Positions 28,275-38,432 of a stretch of 64,000 nucleotides of DNA are shown here, piece by piece. Source of the DNA: Candidatus Micrarchaeota archaeon. GTDB lineage: Archaea; Micrarchaeota; Micrarchaeia; Anstonellales; Bilamarchaeaceae. The notes below the pieces were generated by a model, which saw nothing but the letters and a program-made list of their open reading frames with translations, did not search any database and was not told the origin of the DNA. Where the stretch lies: NCBI GenBank assembly GCA_018812625.1, contig JAHJDH010000010.1, forward strand, positions 918-64,917. Direction: 5' to 3'. The position numbers were made by a program, and so were the translations under genes. Position 1 is the stretch's first letter; each line of letters begins with the position of its first letter.

Positions 28275-28973
28275 TCAGGTATTTATCTCCTCCTCTAATT
28301 TAGACACTATCTCACCTATCTTGTCTCTGATTTTATTATTCCGGTTCCCCGAAGTGTCCCTCAGGAGTGCTAATAGCTCGTTAATCTCGATAATAAATGG
28401 GTCGTCCCTCATTTCAAAGTTGGCTGCAATGTCTAGGAATTGCTCCCTGAGATCATCCAATCCCTTTACTGGATTCTCATCTGCAGATTCATTCAGTTTT
28501 CCTAGGGTATTCTGGAGTTTGCATAATAATGCTCTGCGACGACGTTTTTCCTGAGCATCAAATAGTCTTCGAGCACCATCAAGTTGCCAGGCAGTTTCCT
28601 TGATTTCATTTTCCAACATCAGGTGCGGGGGGGTTCTAAAGTCGCTTTCTTCGAAGTTACACGCCTCTAATGATACCGATATCTCGGTTTTTTCCTCAGC
28701 TTTTAGGTAATCATATCCCTTTGAATGAATTTTACGCTCTATTCCAGTTCTTATGGTGTCAGCTACACTGGGTTCCAAGTCCTCAAATATGAACTCAACT
28801 CTGGGTCGGTTACGTCCATAAAGATTAGACACATAACCGCGGACTTTGAATTTTGATGCTACCCCAACAATCAACCGGCGCATTCCTACTCCAAAAATGA
28901 TATTCATGAGATTGGGGTCATTGTCTCTTGTCCTTACAGTTATTCGTTTAATTTTTACTGGCACTAGCTTCAT
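28275..28973 (-). CDS. Hypothetical protein: N-terminal acylphosphatase-like ferredoxin fold plus C-terminal coiled coil
   Basis: 232 aa. FGVGMRR and RGYVSN..(7)..VEFIFE weakly resemble the two acylphosphatase signatures. The C-terminal approximately 110 aa are helical and charged (EKRRRRALLCKLQNTLGKL..). Confidence 0.45.
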   Translation of the reverse strand: MKLVPVKIKRITVRTRDNDPNLMNIIFGVGMRRLIVGVASKFKVRGYVSNLYGRNRPRVEFIFEDLEPSVADTIRTGIERKIHSKGYDYLKAEEKTEISVSLEACNFEESDFRTPPHLMLENEIKETAWQLDGARRLFDAQEKRRRRALLCKLQNTLGKLNESADENPVKGLDDLREQFLDIAANFEMRDDPFIIEINELLALLRDTSGNRNNKIRDKIGEIVSKLEEEINT

Positions 28974-28986
28974 TTTACCTACCCCA

Positions 28987-29217
28987 CTAGTGTCCCTTAT
29001 TGTTTTCTCTTAGGCCAGTTTCTATTGCATCGACGAACATCCGTTCTAAAACCCTTTCAGCTCTCACTAGTTGAAGAGTGCCTGTCTTCTCGTTATAGAC
29101 CCAGAATGCGTCCTCCTTATGGCTCCAGCCCTTCTTTTTAAGTTCGAGTATGAGCTCTTTGGGCAGTGAAACTGCTTGGAGTTTGTCCATGTAAACTGTG
29201 GCTGTCTTGATCATCAT
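28987..29217 (-). CDS. Small AbrB/MazE/SpoVT-like DNA-binding protein (putative antitoxin or regulator)
   Basis: 76 aa. ..LQAVSLPKELILELKKKGW...DAFWVY....GTLQLVR resembles a swapped-hairpin beta-barrel antitoxin N-domain. First gene of the cassette. Confidence 0.45.
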   Translation of the reverse strand: MMIKTATVYMDKLQAVSLPKELILELKKKGWSHKEDAFWVYNEKTGTLQLVRAERVLERMFVDAIETGLRENNKGH

Positions 29218-29343
29218 GGAGGTACTATGAACTCACTAGTTTTTATGTGTTTCTAATTTTTCCATGGATTTCCATATACGAGATATTTTTTGTGCAGGAT
29301 TACCTCAGGTTAGGATTTTTGTGCAAAGCCTAATGAAAAAGCA

Positions 29344-30078
29344 TCAAGATCCGAAAACTTTAAGCACCCACATGAATAAAATTCCTGCAAAGAGTATAGT
29401 AAGGTTCTTGATCTTATCCCATCCTTCGGATTTGTGCATTTCAGGAATAAGATCTGCTGCTGCAATGTAAATGAAATTTCCAGCTGCAAATGGAACCAAA
29501 TATAGGGCAATGCCATCAACCATTCCAGAGAGGATATATCCAACAAATGCTCCGCCAATTATTGTAGACTGTGAGATAAAACTATAGGTTATTGCCTTGT
29601 TGCGGGAAAGACCTCCTTTTATCAAAGTTCCAAAAATACCCAGCTGCTGCGGAAGCTCATGGGCAACTATTGCAACCAATGTCGCAATCCCAAGAGGAAT
29701 GCTGACTAGGAAACTTGCTGCTAGGATTAATCCTCCAAGGAAATTGTGAACACCGTCTCCAATCAATACCATATATGAGAATGGATGAATATCGCATTCT
29801 TTGCAATGATGCCAGTGCACATAGGTTTCGAGGAATATGAAAAGAACAAAGCCAGCAAGAGTAAAGAGAAGAACAGATTCAGGATTAAATGATTCAAGCG
29901 ATTCTGGAAGAAGATGGAGAAATGCTCCGCCAAGAAGGCTTCCTGCTGCAAATGCCATTAGGATATGCGAAAGTTTTTCCATATTAGCTTTGCTTATCCA
30001 AAGCGAGAAAACTCCGATAAAGCCAAGCAACGCATCAATGATTGCCGCACCAATAATCCAGAAAAACTCATCTGCCAT
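29344..30078 (-). CDS. zupT: ZIP-family divalent metal transporter (ZupT-like)
   Basis: Polytopic membrane protein with HNFLGGL and VAHELPQQLG motifs characteristic of ZIP/ZupT. Confidence 0.85.
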   Translation of the reverse strand: MADEFFWIIGAAIIDALLGFIGVFSLWISKANMEKLSHILMAFAAGSLLGGAFLHLLPESLESFNPESVLLFTLAGFVLFIFLETYVHWHHCKECDIHPFSYMVLIGDGVHNFLGGLILAASFLVSIPLGIATLVAIVAHELPQQLGIFGTLIKGGLSRNKAITYSFISQSTIIGGAFVGYILSGMVDGIALYLVPFAAGNFIYIAAADLIPEMHKSEGWDKIKNLTILFAGILFMWVLKVFGS

Positions 30079-30110
30079 GATGAAATTATTAAGCAAAAGC
30101 TTTAAATTTA

Positions 30111-30983
30111 TTAACTTTTGGATTTTAACATCTGTAAAAATTCATCAGGAGGGCCAAAAGTACCAGGTTCCGGACCTTTTCCAGGAGCATGATAATCCGA
30201 CCCACCGCTTTCAAGCAGATCAAATTTCATTGCAAAATCATGCAAAATTTTGTATGTCCTCTCGTTGTCATTTTGGGTATAATTGTAATAGGGATAATTA
30301 GTCACATAATCATAAACAGATTCTACCCCATCTCCCCCCAGTCTTTTGAAATCCCGGAGCAGTTTTTCAAGATCATATTTGTATGCCCGGATTTCTGTAA
30401 AAACAAATGGATGGGCAAGAATTGCCTTGCCAGAAGCAGTATGAATGACATTGATTGCTTCTTCAAGAGAAAAGAAATTTGACCGCTCCACAAATGCAGG
30501 TTGTCCGGCATCAAGTAATTCGTCAAAAACCTGTGGGATGCTTTTGAATTCATCGGGATATTTTTCAATTAGCGCTTTTGCAATATGCGGACGGCCCAAT
30601 GAAGCCTTGGCAAATTTCTTCGCATCTTCGAATGTGATTTCATAGCCAAGTTGATTGAGCTTTGATATTATAGCCTTTTTTTGACCATCACGCTCTTGAG
30701 ATAACCTGCTTAAAGTTTCTAAAAGCTTTGGGGATTTTGTATCAAGAAAAAGCCCAACAACATGAAGATCCATGTATCCGAGAATATTATCATAAACAGA
30801 CAATTCAATTCCTGGAATAACTTCAATGGACGAATTAATGGTATGAATTCTTTCTGCGCTTTTTATTGTATCATGATCAGTAATTGCAATTGCAGAAAGA
30901 TTGGCATCTTCTGCTTTTTTTACAATTTGCTCTAAAGAATAAATCCCGTCTGAAGCTGTTGTGTGAAGATGAAGATCAATCAT
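30111..30983 (-). CDS. PHP-domain metal-dependent phosphoesterase
   Basis: MIDLHLHTTASDG N-terminus, AITDHDT and AHP motifs of the PHP family. Lies between feoB and the ZIP gene. Confidence 0.8.
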   Translation of the reverse strand: MIDLHLHTTASDGIYSLEQIVKKAEDANLSAIAITDHDTIKSAERIHTINSSIEVIPGIELSVYDNILGYMDLHVVGLFLDTKSPKLLETLSRLSQERDGQKKAIISKLNQLGYEITFEDAKKFAKASLGRPHIAKALIEKYPDEFKSIPQVFDELLDAGQPAFVERSNFFSLEEAINVIHTASGKAILAHPFVFTEIRAYKYDLEKLLRDFKRLGGDGVESVYDYVTNYPYYNYTQNDNERTYKILHDFAMKFDLLESGGSDYHAPGKGPEPGTFGPPDEFLQMLKSKS

Positions 30984-30986
30984 ATA

Positions 30987-32900
30987 TTACACCTGGAAAA
31001 AATACATTTGCAATAACCGCGAAATAATTCCAGCAAGGACAATTGCAAATATGATTTCAAAGACGGAAATTAAAAGGGCATTTTTCCATCCTTGCTCCTT
31101 TTTTAGGGCAGCTATGGTTGCAATGCAGGGTACATAGAACATAGTAACTATTGCAAATGTTATCATTTGAACAGGGGTGAGAACTGAATCAAATACTTCG
31201 GTTCCAAGAAGAGCAGCTAGCATAATCAAGGCAAGTTCTTTTCGAAGAACTCCGAATATCAAAGTGATCCCAACAATTGCAGGAAGACCAAGCCAATCAA
31301 CAGTAATAGGACTTAAGGCCTCAGATATTGAACCAAGCAGACCAAGAAGCTCTGCAACTTTCATCAAAAATGTTGAAACAATTATTATTGGAAATGCCAT
31401 GAAGATAAAGGCATGGAGCCTTCTCCAGGACTGGATTGCAATGTTCTTGATGGAAGGAAGCTTGTATGACGGCATTTCCATAATCAATCCAACAGGCTCA
31501 CCAGGAAGAAGTTTGAATGCAATTCGGCCAAGGACCAAGATTACAAGGAGATTAAGCCCATATAGTGCAAGTGCCCACTCTATTCCGACAAAGGATGCAA
31601 CAAGACCCATGATAACTACAGTAACAGCAGCACATGGAACTAAAGTTACTACAAAAGAAGCGAGCAGCCTGCTTCTTTGGGTCTCAAGAATCCGGCAGGA
31701 TAAACAGGCCGGAACATTGCAGCCATATGCAAGCAGCAACGGAATGAATGCTTTTCCGTGCATTCCTATTTTGTGCATCACAGCATCCATAAGAAACGCC
31801 ATTCTAGCAAGATAGCCAGAATCTTCCAAAATTGCCAGGATAATATAGAATGGAATGAGATATGGAAGTGCAATAGAAAGACCAGCAATTAGCCCTTCAA
31901 CTACACCTTCAATAAAAATTTCCTGTGCAATGCCGCTTCCGAAATAATTATGAAGCACTTGCTTAATCGAATTGAAAAATGCAAGCAATGAATCAGAAGC
32001 AAGAGCGCCTAGTGTAAATAAGCAATAGAAAGAAATTGCAGCAATTAAAAGCATGAAAAGGTAGCCAGCATATCTGTGAAGCAAAATTGAATCCAGTCTT
32101 TGGGTTATAGGAATTTCTTTGCTTCGAAGCACCATGCAGCTTCTTGCAATCATCTCAGAATGCGAATATCTTTCAGAAGGAATAACGATAGAAGCAGACT
32201 GACCAAATGTCTTTTCTATTTTTGCAAGGGATTTTGATGCAAGTTTGATAATTTTTGGATCTTTTTTTTCTATTAAAAGGGTTATTTGCTGGTCGGCTTC
32301 AAGAAGTTTTACTGCCGCCCATCGCGAAGGGTAATCAAGTTTCAGCTTATCAATTGCGACTGAAAGCTCAGATATGTGAGCTTCAAGTTTTTTTGAGTAG
32401 GGAATTTTTTGTTTTTTCAAAGAAACTTGAACTGCTTCTTGCATAAGTTTTGAGACGCCTGAACCCTTTGTTGCAATGATTGGAATTACTGGTACTCCGA
32501 GTTTTTTTGAAAGTTTCTCAATATCAATTTTAATCCCGCGAGTTCTTGCAATATCCATCATATTAAGTGCAATTACAACTGGAACATTAAGCTCAAGAAG
32601 CTGAAGAGTAAAGAAAAGATTTCGCTCAAGCACAGACGCATCAACAACATTTATTACAACGTCTGGTTTTTGTTTTGCTATATATTCTCTAGAGATAAGC
32701 TCTTCAGTGGAAAATGTTGAGAGAGAGTAGATTCCAGGCAAATCAATTATGTCAATTTCAGTTCCGTGGAAATTTAATTTTCCCTCTGCTTTTTCTATTG
32801 TTTTTCCAGGCCAGTTGCCCATGTGCTGATGAAGACCAGTAAGATGATTGAATAGGGCAGATTTACCAACATTGGCATTTCCAGCAAGCGCAATTCTCAT
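30987..32900 (-). CDS. feoB: Ferrous iron transporter FeoB
   Basis: 637 aa. N-terminal G-domain ([24 protein letters not shown]) followed by the polytopic FeoB membrane domain. Confidence 0.95.
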   Translation of the reverse strand: MRIALAGNANVGKSALFNHLTGLHQHMGNWPGKTIEKAEGKLNFHGTEIDIIDLPGIYSLSTFSTEELISREYIAKQKPDVVINVVDASVLERNLFFTLQLLELNVPVVIALNMMDIARTRGIKIDIEKLSKKLGVPVIPIIATKGSGVSKLMQEAVQVSLKKQKIPYSKKLEAHISELSVAIDKLKLDYPSRWAAVKLLEADQQITLLIEKKDPKIIKLASKSLAKIEKTFGQSASIVIPSERYSHSEMIARSCMVLRSKEIPITQRLDSILLHRYAGYLFMLLIAAISFYCLFTLGALASDSLLAFFNSIKQVLHNYFGSGIAQEIFIEGVVEGLIAGLSIALPYLIPFYIILAILEDSGYLARMAFLMDAVMHKIGMHGKAFIPLLLAYGCNVPACLSCRILETQRSRLLASFVVTLVPCAAVTVVIMGLVASFVGIEWALALYGLNLLVILVLGRIAFKLLPGEPVGLIMEMPSYKLPSIKNIAIQSWRRLHAFIFMAFPIIIVSTFLMKVAELLGLLGSISEALSPITVDWLGLPAIVGITLIFGVLRKELALIMLAALLGTEVFDSVLTPVQMITFAIVTMFYVPCIATIAALKKEQGWKNALLISVFEIIFAIVLAGIISRLLQMYFFQV

Positions 32901-33508
32901 TTTTTAACCTCAACAAAAATCTTGCGCGCAAGACCACGGCCAATTGCAAGACAGGAGGAGCGAACATGTAGTTCAACTGGGCCTGCTCTTGATGAAGCCC
33001 GGGCAACAGTAACTTTGGTTCCTGGAGTAAGACCAAGATCAATAAGCCTTCTGGAGCTGGCCTTTCCGCCTTCAATTGAAATGATAGTGCCAGAGTCCCC
33101 CCGAAGTAGATCGCAAAGTCTTCTTCGAGCTCCAGTTGATGAAGTTGACATTACACCTCGAAGAGCAGTCTCAACATCATCAGAAAGAGCATGTTCCAAA
33201 ACACACGCTTCCTTGTGGATTTTGGTTTTTTTAACTCCTATAAATTCAAGGAATCTTTCTATCAAACGGTGCTTTCGAAGAACTTTTTTTCCAAGAGAAG
33301 TTCCTTTTTTAGTAAGCTGCGCCTCACCATAGCGTTCATATTTTACTAAACCTTTTTTTGATAATTTTTTTAGCATTTCACTAACACTGGCAGAGGAAAC
33401 ACCAAGATCTTTGGCAAGCTCTTTCACTTTTGGGTTTTTTCCAACTTCCTGGTAGCGTACTAAAGCCTCGAGGTATTCTTCACTCTCAGGACTTCGTTTT
33501 TTACTCAT
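32897..33508 (-). CDS. DtxR/IdeR-family iron-dependent repressor with a C-terminal SH3/FeoA-like domain
   Basis: 203 aa. The wHTH (LAKDLGVSSASVSEMLKKL..KGLV), metal-binding/dimerisation region (RKHRLIERFL, HE.AC.LEH) and FeoA-like tail. Its stop overlaps the feoB start. Confidence 0.85.
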   Translation of the reverse strand: MSKKRSPESEEYLEALVRYQEVGKNPKVKELAKDLGVSSASVSEMLKKLSKKGLVKYERYGEAQLTKKGTSLGKKVLRKHRLIERFLEFIGVKKTKIHKEACVLEHALSDDVETALRGVMSTSSTGARRRLCDLLRGDSGTIISIEGGKASSRRLIDLGLTPGTKVTVARASSRAGPVELHVRSSCLAIGRGLARKIFVEVKK

Positions 33509-33512
33509 AATG

Positions 33513-33530
33513 TGTTAGGTCTGCCTAACA
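33513..33530. promoter_or_regulatory. Iron box: TGTTAGG-TCTG-CCTAACA palindrome abutting the TATA box of the dtxR-feoB operon
   Basis: The core TTAGGTCTGCCTAA differs at 2 central positions from the DtxR/IdeR consensus core TTAGGTTAGCCTAA. It sits between TTTATAAA (33531-33538) and the ATG at 33508. Confidence 0.6.
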
Positions 33531-33602
33531 TTTATAAATTGCATGAAAAGGCCTATCGATGGATTTTTAAAACTGACTAACTAGAATTGTTCTACTTATT
33601 AT

Positions 33603-33707
33603 GCCTCGATAGTGTAAAGCATTGAGTTTTGAATAACTCAAAGCGCAACATGGTTAGCATACGAGACTGTCACTCTCGCGATCCGGGTTCGAACCCCGGT
33701 CGAGGCG
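33603..33707 (+). tRNA. tRNA-Asp (GUC) with an approximately 32-nt intron in the D-loop (non-canonical position)
   Basis: Hand fold:
- Acceptor GCCTCGA/TCGAGGC with discriminator G.
- D stem GTGT (33612-33615) / GCAT (33657-33660), enclosing 41 nt instead of 8-10.
- Anticodon arm CGAGA-CTGTCAC-TCTCG, GTC at 33669-33671.
- T arm CCGGG-TTCGAAC-CCCGG.
- The inserted segment forms TTGAGTT-TTGAAT-AACTCAA. Confidence 0.8.
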
Positions 33708-33946
33708 CTTTTCCAACTGACTCGAAATAAATTCAAGCAAAGGCTCTTATTTTTTACATCTAAAGGCGCCATGATAGGCCTTGGTCTTTTTCTCAGAAAA
33801 GTCATTATATTTGTGTTAGAAAATGGGTTTTCAGATATATTTATAAATAGTTTCAGTCATATATACTATTACACGCTTTTTACAACAAAATACTAAGCTT
33901 TATATATGATAATTGAGAGATTTAGTATACAAATTGAGATGAGATT

Positions 33947-34240
33947 ATGGCCGACATTATGGATAGGATGCTGAGCAGCCTTGTAAAGCACAAGGGATCC
34001 AGTGAAACCAAGTCTTATCTTATTGGCCTTGAGAGAGGCAGAATCTGGGCATCAGACAGTGCAGACTACTTTGAAATGAGAGAATGGAGCGAGATCAACC
34101 TAGAAGAATATGAAGATAATGTACTTCCAGGAAATGAAGAAGTGCACTTTAGAGTACTTCAAACAGAAACATCTCTTGAGTGGGATGCTTATGTTAAAGG
34201 TTGGGTAGACGGAGTTCGAGAAATTGTTTCGAGATACTAG
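33947..34240 (+). CDS. Hypothetical acidic protein (97 aa)
   Basis: Intact ORF with a TATA-rich upstream region. No recognisable motif. Confidence 0.4.
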   Translation: MADIMDRMLSSLVKHKGSSETKSYLIGLERGRIWASDSADYFEMREWSEINLEEYEDNVLPGNEEVHFRVLQTETSLEWDAYVKGWVDGVREIVSRY

Positions 34241-34281
34241 TTTTTAATTAATACTTATGAATACCTCTCTGGAGGTACTTT

Positions 34282-35184
34282 ATGAGATTTGTAATCCTTA
34301 TTTTAGCAGCATTACTTGTATTTGGATGTACAAGTAGCGCTCCGGAAGATAAAACAGAGAATACTCCAATAATTCCAGGAGTCCCTACAAATCCAGCTGA
34401 AGAATGTACATCAGATTATTCATTTTCAGAACTGGGAGATGGGATATTTTCTAAAGAAGAAAGCCTTGTTGCAACAGTCACCTGCGCTGCTGGAAAAACT
34501 TTTGTCCTTAGTGTTGATGGCAAAGTAGTTGACAGCAAAACAGTTAGCGAAAATGCAACTACCCCTGTCGAATTCGAAGTTCCAGCAATAAGAGACGGAA
34601 CAGTTGAAGTGAAGGTCGATAGTGAGGGCGAGACTTTGTTCTCAAGAGAATGGGAGGTTGCTCCTCTTGGAAACCAGGAAACTCTGGGCGCTGGATATGA
34701 GTCATATTCATTCAAGCGATGGATAGCAATGTCATATGACATTGAAAGCCAGGTTGATGTTGGCCAAGTAAAAATATATATGAAAAGACAAAGTTCCAAT
34801 ACACAACCAAGCTCCAAAATTGTCCTAGAGATAAGAAAGGATAATGCAGGAGAAATAGGTTCACTTGTTTCAACAAAAAGTTTGCCAATAGAAGCAACAA
34901 CACTTTCAGAAAATTGGATTAAGTTTGATTATGATGAAAAGGTAAAACTTACTCCCGGCAGTTACTGGTTTGTTCTAAAGATAGATCAAACTGAGGAAAT
35001 CAGCCTTGTTAGCGATGTTGTAACTGTCCACTATGAGATTATTGACAAACAAGCTCTTGGTAATGACTATACAAAGTCAATGACTCTTGCGGTTGATGAA
35101 AAAACAGGAAAGGCATCAGAAACTTCTTGGGAGCCTCTTCCATATGACAAAGAGTTCAACATCGTATTAAGCTACGGAAAGTAG
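34282..35184 (+). CDS. Secreted lipoprotein-like hypothetical protein
   Basis: Signal peptide MRFVILILAALLVFGCTSS with a lipobox Cys, then a beta-rich body. GGAGGT SD-like sequence upstream. Confidence 0.6.
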   Translation: MRFVILILAALLVFGCTSSAPEDKTENTPIIPGVPTNPAEECTSDYSFSELGDGIFSKEESLVATVTCAAGKTFVLSVDGKVVDSKTVSENATTPVEFEVPAIRDGTVEVKVDSEGETLFSREWEVAPLGNQETLGAGYESYSFKRWIAMSYDIESQVDVGQVKIYMKRQSSNTQPSSKIVLEIRKDNAGEIGSLVSTKSLPIEATTLSENWIKFDYDEKVKLTPGSYWFVLKIDQTEEISLVSDVVTVHYEIIDKQALGNDYTKSMTLAVDEKTGKASETSWEPLPYDKEFNIVLSYGK

Positions 35185-35579
35185 CCATCTATTTTTTTTG
35201 CTATTTTTTTTAATTTTCCAAAACGGCTAATCATATCGTTTTCCATCTCTTCAAGAGTATTCTCAAGAGTATGCCCACGAAGATAATAACTGCGTCCGTC
35301 TTTTACAATTAAACCAGATCTTTTAAAGAGATTAAGATGGTATATAATTGCAGCTTGACTAACTGCTCCAAGCTGCGCGATATCACGGGAGGAAATTCCA
35401 GAATCATTATGACTTGCTTTGACAAGTGCTCTAAAAACAAGTTTTCCAACCTCATCACGATCATCTCCGAGGCCAAGGCATCGATAAATCCAATCAATGC
35501 CATGATTGAGATCTTCGTCCTCGCTTGGAATAGAAATATAGCGAATGATTACCTGTCGGTAATAGCGCTTGTCTGCCAT
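35172..35579 (-). CDS. ArsR-like winged-helix transcriptional regulator, divergent from the grpE-dnaK-dnaJ cluster
   Basis: 135 aa. ISSRDIAQLGAVSQAAIIYHLNLFKRSGLIV is a typical wHTH. Confidence 0.65.
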   Translation of the reverse strand: MADKRYYRQVIIRYISIPSEDEDLNHGIDWIYRCLGLGDDRDEVGKLVFRALVKASHNDSGISSRDIAQLGAVSQAAIIYHLNLFKRSGLIVKDGRSYYLRGHTLENTLEEMENDMISRFGKLKKIAKKIDGYFP

Positions 35580-35737
35580 ATTTGATAAAGAACCTAAAAT
35601 TTTAAAAAACCTTCTAAATATTAAACAGATTGTTAAATAGATAAAAGTTCGAAATAAAAAATATAGGTGATTCTACGAAAGAAGAAACCCCAAAGATAGA
35701 AGCTGAAAAGAAAGAGGCACTTCCACTGCATGAGGAT

Positions 35738-36217
35738 ATGAAACTCGTGGAACATGCAGATATTGAAGAGCTTGAAGGGCCAAAAAAGATTGGAGAACTT
35801 GAAGAACAAATTCTCAGGCTAAGAGCTGACTTTGAGAATTATAAGAAAAGAACAGAAAAAGAAAACATTGCATTTCGGGAATCTTCAAAAGCAGATATAT
35901 TGAATAAGATACTGCCAATATTAGATGAGCTTGAAATTGCATTTTCACATATGGAAACCGCATCTGATAAGGACTTCAAACATGGAATGGAACTGATATA
36001 TTCAAAGCTCTCAGAACTCCTGAAAAAAGAGGGAGTCATTGAGATGAAAACACTCGGAGAAACATTTGACCCATATCGACATGATGCCATAAGGCAAGGA
36101 GATGGGGAAGAAGGAAAGATAGTCGAAATAGTACAAAAAGGATATTTATTAAATGGAAAAATATTGAGACATGCTAAAGTAGTTGTTGGAAAAGGAGAGG
36201 TGAAAGAAAATGAGTAA
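35738..36217 (+). CDS. grpE: Nucleotide exchange factor GrpE
   Basis: [22 protein letters not shown] and FDP..H.A motifs. The in-frame upstream region has no ATG, so the true start may be a non-ATG codon further 5'. Confidence 0.9.
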   Translation: MKLVEHADIEELEGPKKIGELEEQILRLRADFENYKKRTEKENIAFRESSKADILNKILPILDELEIAFSHMETASDKDFKHGMELIYSKLSELLKKEGVIEMKTLGETFDPYRHDAIRQGDGEEGKIVEIVQKGYLLNGKILRHAKVVVGKGEVKENE

Positions 36218-38081
36218 AATAATTGGAATTGATTTAGGAACTTCAAATTCAGCTGCCGCATATTTGGAAGGCGGAAGGCCAAAGATTATCCCCAGTTCAG
36301 AGGGAATTACACAGTATGGGAAAGCATTCCCAAGCTATGTAGCTCTCACTCGTGATGGACAGAGAATTGTTGGTGAGCCTGCAAGAAGGCAAGCAATCAC
36401 AAATGCAACGGGTACCATAACTGCATTCAAAAGGAAGATGGGAACTGACCATAAATACAACATATTTGATAAGGATTACAGACCCCAGGAATTATCTGCA
36501 TTTATTTTGCAAAAAATCAAGAAAGATGCAGAAGAATTTCTCGGAGAGAAAGTAGAAAAAGCAGTGATTACTGTTCCAGCGTACTTCAATGACAATCAGA
36601 GACAGGCAACAAAAGACGCAGGTGAAATTGCAGGTCTTGAGGTTGTAAGATTAGTAAATGAACCTACTGCAGCAAGTCTTGCATATGGACTTGATAAATC
36701 CGACAAGGAACTGAAAATATTTGTATTTGATCTTGGAGGCGGAACGCTCGATGTTACAATTATGGACTTCGGAGGAGGAGTTTTCGAAGTAAAGTCAACA
36801 AACGGAGACACGCAGCTTGGCGGAACAGATATGGACAAGATCATTGCAGAATATCTTACAGATCAGTTCAGAAAAGAAAGCGGTATCGACATAACAAAAG
36901 ACAGGCAAGCACATGAAAGAATTTTGGAAGCTGCTGAAAAGGCAAAGATTGAACTTTCTACAACTCTTGAATCATCAATCAATCTGCCATTTCTTACTTC
37001 GGTTGACAATCAGCCAAAACACTTCCAGCATACGCTCACAAAGGCAAAACTTGAGGACTTAGTTAGGCCAATAATTGATAGATGCAGAGGGCCAATTGAA
37101 CAGGCTATGAAGGATGCAAAACTCAAACCATCTGAAATTGACAAAATTATTATGGTAGGCGGACCAACAAGAATGCCGATCGTGCATAAGTTTGTTGAAG
37201 ATACTGTAGGAAAGAAAGCTGAAAGGGGAATTGACCCAATGGAATGTGTAGCAATGGGAGCGGCTATTCAAGCAGGTGTCCTCTCAGGAGAAGTCAAAGA
37301 CATTCTTCTTCTTGATGTTACTCCACTTTCTCTAGGTCTTGAGACTCTTGGTAATGTATTTACAAAACTGATTGAAAAGAATACAACAATACCAACAAAG
37401 AAAAGCCAGGTATTTTCAACTGCAGCAGATATGCAAACAGCTGTCGACATACATATTTTGCAGGGAGAGCGGCCAATGGCAAAAGACAATGTCTCATTGG
37501 GCAAATTTACCCTCGTAGGAATCCCGCCAGCAGCAAGAGGAGTTCCACAGGTTGAAGTAACATTCGACATTGATGCAAACGGAATTCTTCATGTTAGTGC
37601 AAAGGACAAAGCAACAAACAAAGAGCAGAGTATGCGCGTCACATCTCCACTGAAGATGTCTGATGATGAGATCAAGAGCAAAATGTCCGAGGCAGAAGAC
37701 TATGCCGAAAAGGATAAACAAGAACTTGAGCTTGCCCAGGCAAAGAACGAAGCAGAGAGTATGATTTACGTTGCTGAAAAAACAATCAAAGATCTTAAGG
37801 ATAAACTGTCTAAAGATCAGTTTGACAGCATTAGCCAGGTAAAGAAAAAGCTTGAGGATGCACTATCTGAAAAAGATGTTGCCAAAATCAGAACTGAAAC
37901 AGAGAATCTGCAGAAAGTTCTGCAGGAAATTGGTGCTTCTGCATACCAGGCCGCAGGTCCAGGAGTCGGAAGCGATGGAGCATCATCCGAAAGTAACGAA
38001 AAGACTGAGCAAGAAAAGAAAAAACCAGATGATACTGTAGTGGAAGGAGAATATGAAAAAGTAGATGATGATAAAAAATGA
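36210..38081 (+). CDS. dnaK: Hsp70 chaperone DnaK
   Basis: 623 aa. [19 protein letters not shown] and the EEVD-less acidic tail. Overlaps the grpE 3' end by 8 nt. Confidence 0.97.
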   Translation: MSKIIGIDLGTSNSAAAYLEGGRPKIIPSSEGITQYGKAFPSYVALTRDGQRIVGEPARRQAITNATGTITAFKRKMGTDHKYNIFDKDYRPQELSAFILQKIKKDAEEFLGEKVEKAVITVPAYFNDNQRQATKDAGEIAGLEVVRLVNEPTAASLAYGLDKSDKELKIFVFDLGGGTLDVTIMDFGGGVFEVKSTNGDTQLGGTDMDKIIAEYLTDQFRKESGIDITKDRQAHERILEAAEKAKIELSTTLESSINLPFLTSVDNQPKHFQHTLTKAKLEDLVRPIIDRCRGPIEQAMKDAKLKPSEIDKIIMVGGPTRMPIVHKFVEDTVGKKAERGIDPMECVAMGAAIQAGVLSGEVKDILLLDVTPLSLGLETLGNVFTKLIEKNTTIPTKKSQVFSTAADMQTAVDIHILQGERPMAKDNVSLGKFTLVGIPPAARGVPQVEVTFDIDANGILHVSAKDKATNKEQSMRVTSPLKMSDDEIKSKMSEAEDYAEKDKQELELAQAKNEAESMIYVAEKTIKDLKDKLSKDQFDSISQVKKKLEDALSEKDVAKIRTETENLQKVLQEIGASAYQAAGPGVGSDGASSESNEKTEQEKKKPDDTVVEGEYEKVDDDKK

Positions 38082-38428
38082 CAAACTACTATGAAGTCTT
38101 GGGAGTTTCTAAAGATGCAGGCAAAGATGAGATAAAAAAAGCTTATCGAAAGCTTGCAAAGAAATTCCATCCAGACAAAAACAAATCAAAAAATGCTACC
38201 CGAAAATTCCAGGAGATTACAGAGGCATACGCAGTACTTATGGAAGGAAAACCTATTGAGAAGGATCAGCCAGGACCATTTAATGAATGGGAGTTTGCAG
38301 TAAAAGAGGCAATCCTTGCACATAGGCAAAAATGCAATGTATGTCACAGTGGAAGATGCCATGCCGTATCTATGATGCAGTCTATGATTGACGTTGTGGA
38401 TGCAGATCACAACAATGCATACAGATGA
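38078..38428 (+). CDS. Stand-alone J-domain protein with a short Cys/His-rich tail
   Basis: 116 aa. YYEVLGV....[19 protein letters not shown] is a J domain with HPD. The tail is [18 protein letters not shown] overlap with the dnaK stop. Confidence 0.8.
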   Translation: MTNYYEVLGVSKDAGKDEIKKAYRKLAKKFHPDKNKSKNATRKFQEITEAYAVLMEGKPIEKDQPGPFNEWEFAVKEAILAHRQKCNVCHSGRCHAVSMMQSMIDVVDADHNNAYR

Positions 38429-38432
38429 TTGG

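Noticed and set aside
29310-29333. TTAGG ... CCTAA half-sites upstream of the three-gene cassette, considered as a second DtxR iron box.
   Set aside because: The half-sites are separated by 14 nt instead of 4, which is incompatible with the DtxR dimer footprint. The match is probably a coincidence of short AT-rich words.
32897-33150. An apparent DtxR-FeoA gene fusion, considered as a novel architecture.
   Set aside because: The third, SH3-like domain of DtxR/IdeR-family repressors is itself FeoA-like. This is the ordinary three-domain architecture.
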